DNA of 64,000 nucleotides from Gammaproteobacteria bacterium (GTDB lineage Bacteria; Pseudomonadota; Gammaproteobacteria; Natronospirales; JANNEA01): NCBI GenBank assembly GCA_031388175.1, contig JANNEA010000177.1, positions 9,076 to 73,075 of the forward strand, read 5' to 3'. Shown piece by piece: positions 62,040 to 64,000 of this stretch (position 1 is its first letter; each line of letters starts with the position of its first letter). The notes under the pieces were generated by a model. It saw only the letters and a program-made list of their open reading frames with translations, ran no database searches and was not told where the DNA came from. The position numbers and the translations under genes were made by a program.

Positions 62040-62954
62040 TTAGTGCCGGCTCGGCGTCTCGAGCAAGGCCCGTCGCGGCAGGTAGGTGCCCTGCGACGAG
62101 AGATCAATCAGCTTGACCTCGCCCTCGTTGCATTCGATCGCCAGGTGATAGCGCGAGACGTCGAGCGGTGCCCCGAGCAGGACCACATCGCAGTCCTCAG
62201 CACGGCCGACGATGACCCTGCCTTGCTGCAGCGTGATCTCGAGCCCCTGATCGTCGGACAGATGCCAGCCGTCCGCGCCGGCGAGCAGTCGCACCCGCAG
62301 ATGCGCGAGGTACAGCGGCACGGCCTCGCCCACGCCGAGCGTCACCTCGACTGCGCGATGCGCCGGCAAGCGGCGGTAGAGCACGCTGCGCTTGACCGAA
62401 GTGAACGAGAGATCTTCGCCTGCCTGGCGCTGTGCCTTGTCCGAACGGTCCTCGCCCAATCCTTGTACGGGCACCGACTCCGGGAGTTGGCGCACATGTT
62501 TCATCGCTTCGCCAAGCGAATCGATCCGCGAATCGAGGTACTTGATGAAACGGACCAAGCCGATGCGGCGGTATTGGTCCGGCACCTCATCAGCGCCGAG
62601 CCCACGCAGCAACGGCTGCCACTGGTGTTCGTCGAGGAAGTTCGCTGCTTCAGCTTCACGCCAAACCGTGCCGATCGGCTCACCGGTCTCGAAGCACCAC
62701 AGCAGCGCTTCGCTCAACCGTCGATGCAACTTGCGCGTTTGCTCGAGCTCGAGACCAAGCACCTCGCGACCGAGCTTGGCGTGCTGACGGGCGAACACGG
62801 CGGTGACCTCAGTGCGGGGGCGCAGCGCCACGCCGAGCTCGGCAGGATCGCGGAAGATGAGGCGGCGTCCGTCGAGCACAAGCTCGAGGTCAGACGCCCG
62901 ATCAGGACCGGCGAACGCGTGCCGCAGCCAGTCGAGGATCTTGTGCTTGTCCAT
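62040..62954 (-). CDS. FHA-domain protein with an uncharacterised N-terminal region
   Basis: C-terminal FHA (VIVGRAEDCDVVLLGAPLDVSRYHLAIECNEGEVKLIDLSSQGTYL). The N-terminal 230 aa or so are unrecognised. ATG 62954 is preferred over the TTG at 62975. Confidence 0.65.
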   Translation of the reverse strand: MDKHKILDWLRHAFAGPDRASDLELVLDGRRLIFRDPAELGVALRPRTEVTAVFARQHAKLGREVLGLELEQTRKLHRRLSEALLWCFETGEPIGTVWREAEAANFLDEHQWQPLLRGLGADEVPDQYRRIGLVRFIKYLDSRIDSLGEAMKHVRQLPESVPVQGLGEDRSDKAQRQAGEDLSFTSVKRSVLYRRLPAHRAVEVTLGVGEAVPLYLAHLRVRLLAGADGWHLSDDQGLEITLQQGRVIVGRAEDCDVVLLGAPLDVSRYHLAIECNEGEVKLIDLSSQGTYLPRRALLETPSRH

Positions 62955-63096
62955 GGGGCCCCCTAGATGGCCCAAGTCTAGGCGGGGCCCAGCGCTACGC
63001 TGTGCGCCGGTTCACACTTGGCGCATGGTCGGCGCGGCTGGCGCGACCTGCGGTTGTTGGGGCCTGACCGACGGGCGTCGGTCCATCGCGCTGCCT

Positions 63097-63429
63097 TCAG
63101 TTGCCGATACCGCTCGAGCTCGGTGGGGTCGTGTTCTTGCGCATCTCCTGCTCGTTCGCGTCAGACTCGGCTGCCTTCTCCGCCGGCGTGAGGCAGCGAT
63201 ACTGCGGTCGGTTGCTGCCGATCGGCGTGAACTTCTCGCAATTGGCGCGCTTGCTCTTTGCCACCTCGACCTTACGGTCCTTCGTCGCGTTGTCTGGGGC
63301 TCCAGCCACGGGCGCGGCAGCCTCAAGCTGCTTGCCTTGGCCCGCGTCCGCCGTCTTGGCGGGGTTGCTGCCACATGCAGCAAGCGCCAGGGTCGCTAGG
63401 ACCAGGGCGACTGGGGACGTTTTCATCAC
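63097..63429 (-). CDS. Small lipoprotein of unknown function
   Basis: Lipobox LALAAC. The mature part is low-complexity with two Cys. Confidence 0.5.
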   Translation of the reverse strand: MMKTSPVALVLATLALAACGSNPAKTADAGQGKQLEAAAPVAGAPDNATKDRKVEVAKSKRANCEKFTPIGSNRPQYRCLTPAEKAAESDANEQEMRKNTTPPSSSGIGN

Positions 63430-63522
63430 GATGTTCCTCAGGGATGTCGAAAGATTGAGTACGAAGGGCTTCCTAGTTGAGAATGTAGCCCGACGCCTAC
63501 GGTGTGTAAAGCCCGGTCTGAA

Positions 63523-64000
63523 CTATTTCTCGCTGCGGGCGCCCCGCCAGCCGGGACCGCGCAGCGCCCGGCCCGGCCGGGCCGACGTCTGTTCACCTGC
63601 CACCAGCACGGCCTGCCCGTTCACGACCACATGGACCATGCCGGTCGCGTATTGGTGTGGAGCATCGAACGTCGCGTGGTCCTGGATCCCAGCGGGATCG
63701 AACACTGCGAGATCTGCATAGCAGCCGACCGCAACGCAGCCGCGCCCTGCCAGTTTGAGGTTGGCGGCAGGCAGACCGGTGAGGCGTCGCACGCCTTCCG
63801 CCAGCGACATCAGCTTGTCATCGCGAACGTAGCGCGCGAGGAAGCGGGCGAAGTTGCCGTATGCGCGCGGATGCGGGTTCGACTTGAGGAACACGCCCTC
63901 GGGCGCCAGCGCCTCGGCATCCGATCCCAGGCTCACCCAGGGCTGGCGGAACTGTTCGCGCAGGTTGTCCTCGCTCATGAGGAAATAGACGGTGCCGACG
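63523..64000 (-). CDS. N-acyl-D-amino-acid deacylase (D-aminoacylase) family amidohydrolase, C-terminal part; continues beyond the window
   Basis: The frame stays open to nt 64000 (...VGTVYFLMSEDNLREQF). GSDA...PHPRAYGNFARFLARYVR and ADLAVFDP...VVVNG are typical of the family. Confidence 0.75.
   Translation of the reverse strand, partial: VGTVYFLMSEDNLREQFRQPWVSLGSDAEALAPEGVFLKSNPHPRAYGNFARFLARYVRDDKLMSLAEGVRRLTGLPAANLKLAGRGCVAVGCYADLAVFDPAGIQDHATFDAPHQYATGMVHVVVNGQAVLVAGEQTSARPGRALRGPGWRGARSEK

Overview
This is a GC-rich segment (roughly two-thirds G+C by eye, not computed) of a gammaproteobacterial chromosome, and it is mostly core genome. Gene order matches well-known housekeeping blocks: pabB-pabC-mltG-tmk-holB-pilZ-tatD, uvrC-pgsA-tRNA Gly/Cys/Leu, and purB...nudix-mnmA-hflD. 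I call 65 protein-coding genes. Two are cut by the window edges and one is split by an in-frame stop. There are also 3 tRNAs and a few hairpins or palindromes. I saw no rRNA, CRISPR array, transposase, integrase or phage gene. Other content includes a complete ccmABCDEFGHI cytochrome c maturation operon, the TCA enzymes icd, acnA and fumC, pyruvate kinase, a class II DAHP synthase, a lysine-catabolism gene pair, a TetR-fadB-thioesterase operon and a PhoPQ-like two-component operon. I see no clear-cut novel system. The best candidates for follow-up are: (1) a tightly packed minus-strand cluster of ECF sigma, anti-sigma, DUF4097, a PlpD-like type Vd patatin autotransporter, a half-length asparaginase and a secreted MBL hydrolase (38233-44169). 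Its patatin gene carries an in-frame TAG, and its start codon sits in the loop of a 10-bp GC hairpin. (2) A local c-di-GMP module: a sensor diguanylate cyclase, a coupled two-TM periplasmic protein and a divergent canonical PilZ that overlaps a secreted amidohydrolase. (3) A protein with two cNMP-binding domains fused to a rhodanese. (4) A GT41 OGT-like glycosyltransferase translationally coupled to the DAHP synthase. (5) An AT-rich palindrome island upstream of an MFS-EEP-unknown operon. All functional calls come from reading the translated ORFs for motifs and from remembered family knowledge. No database search was run.
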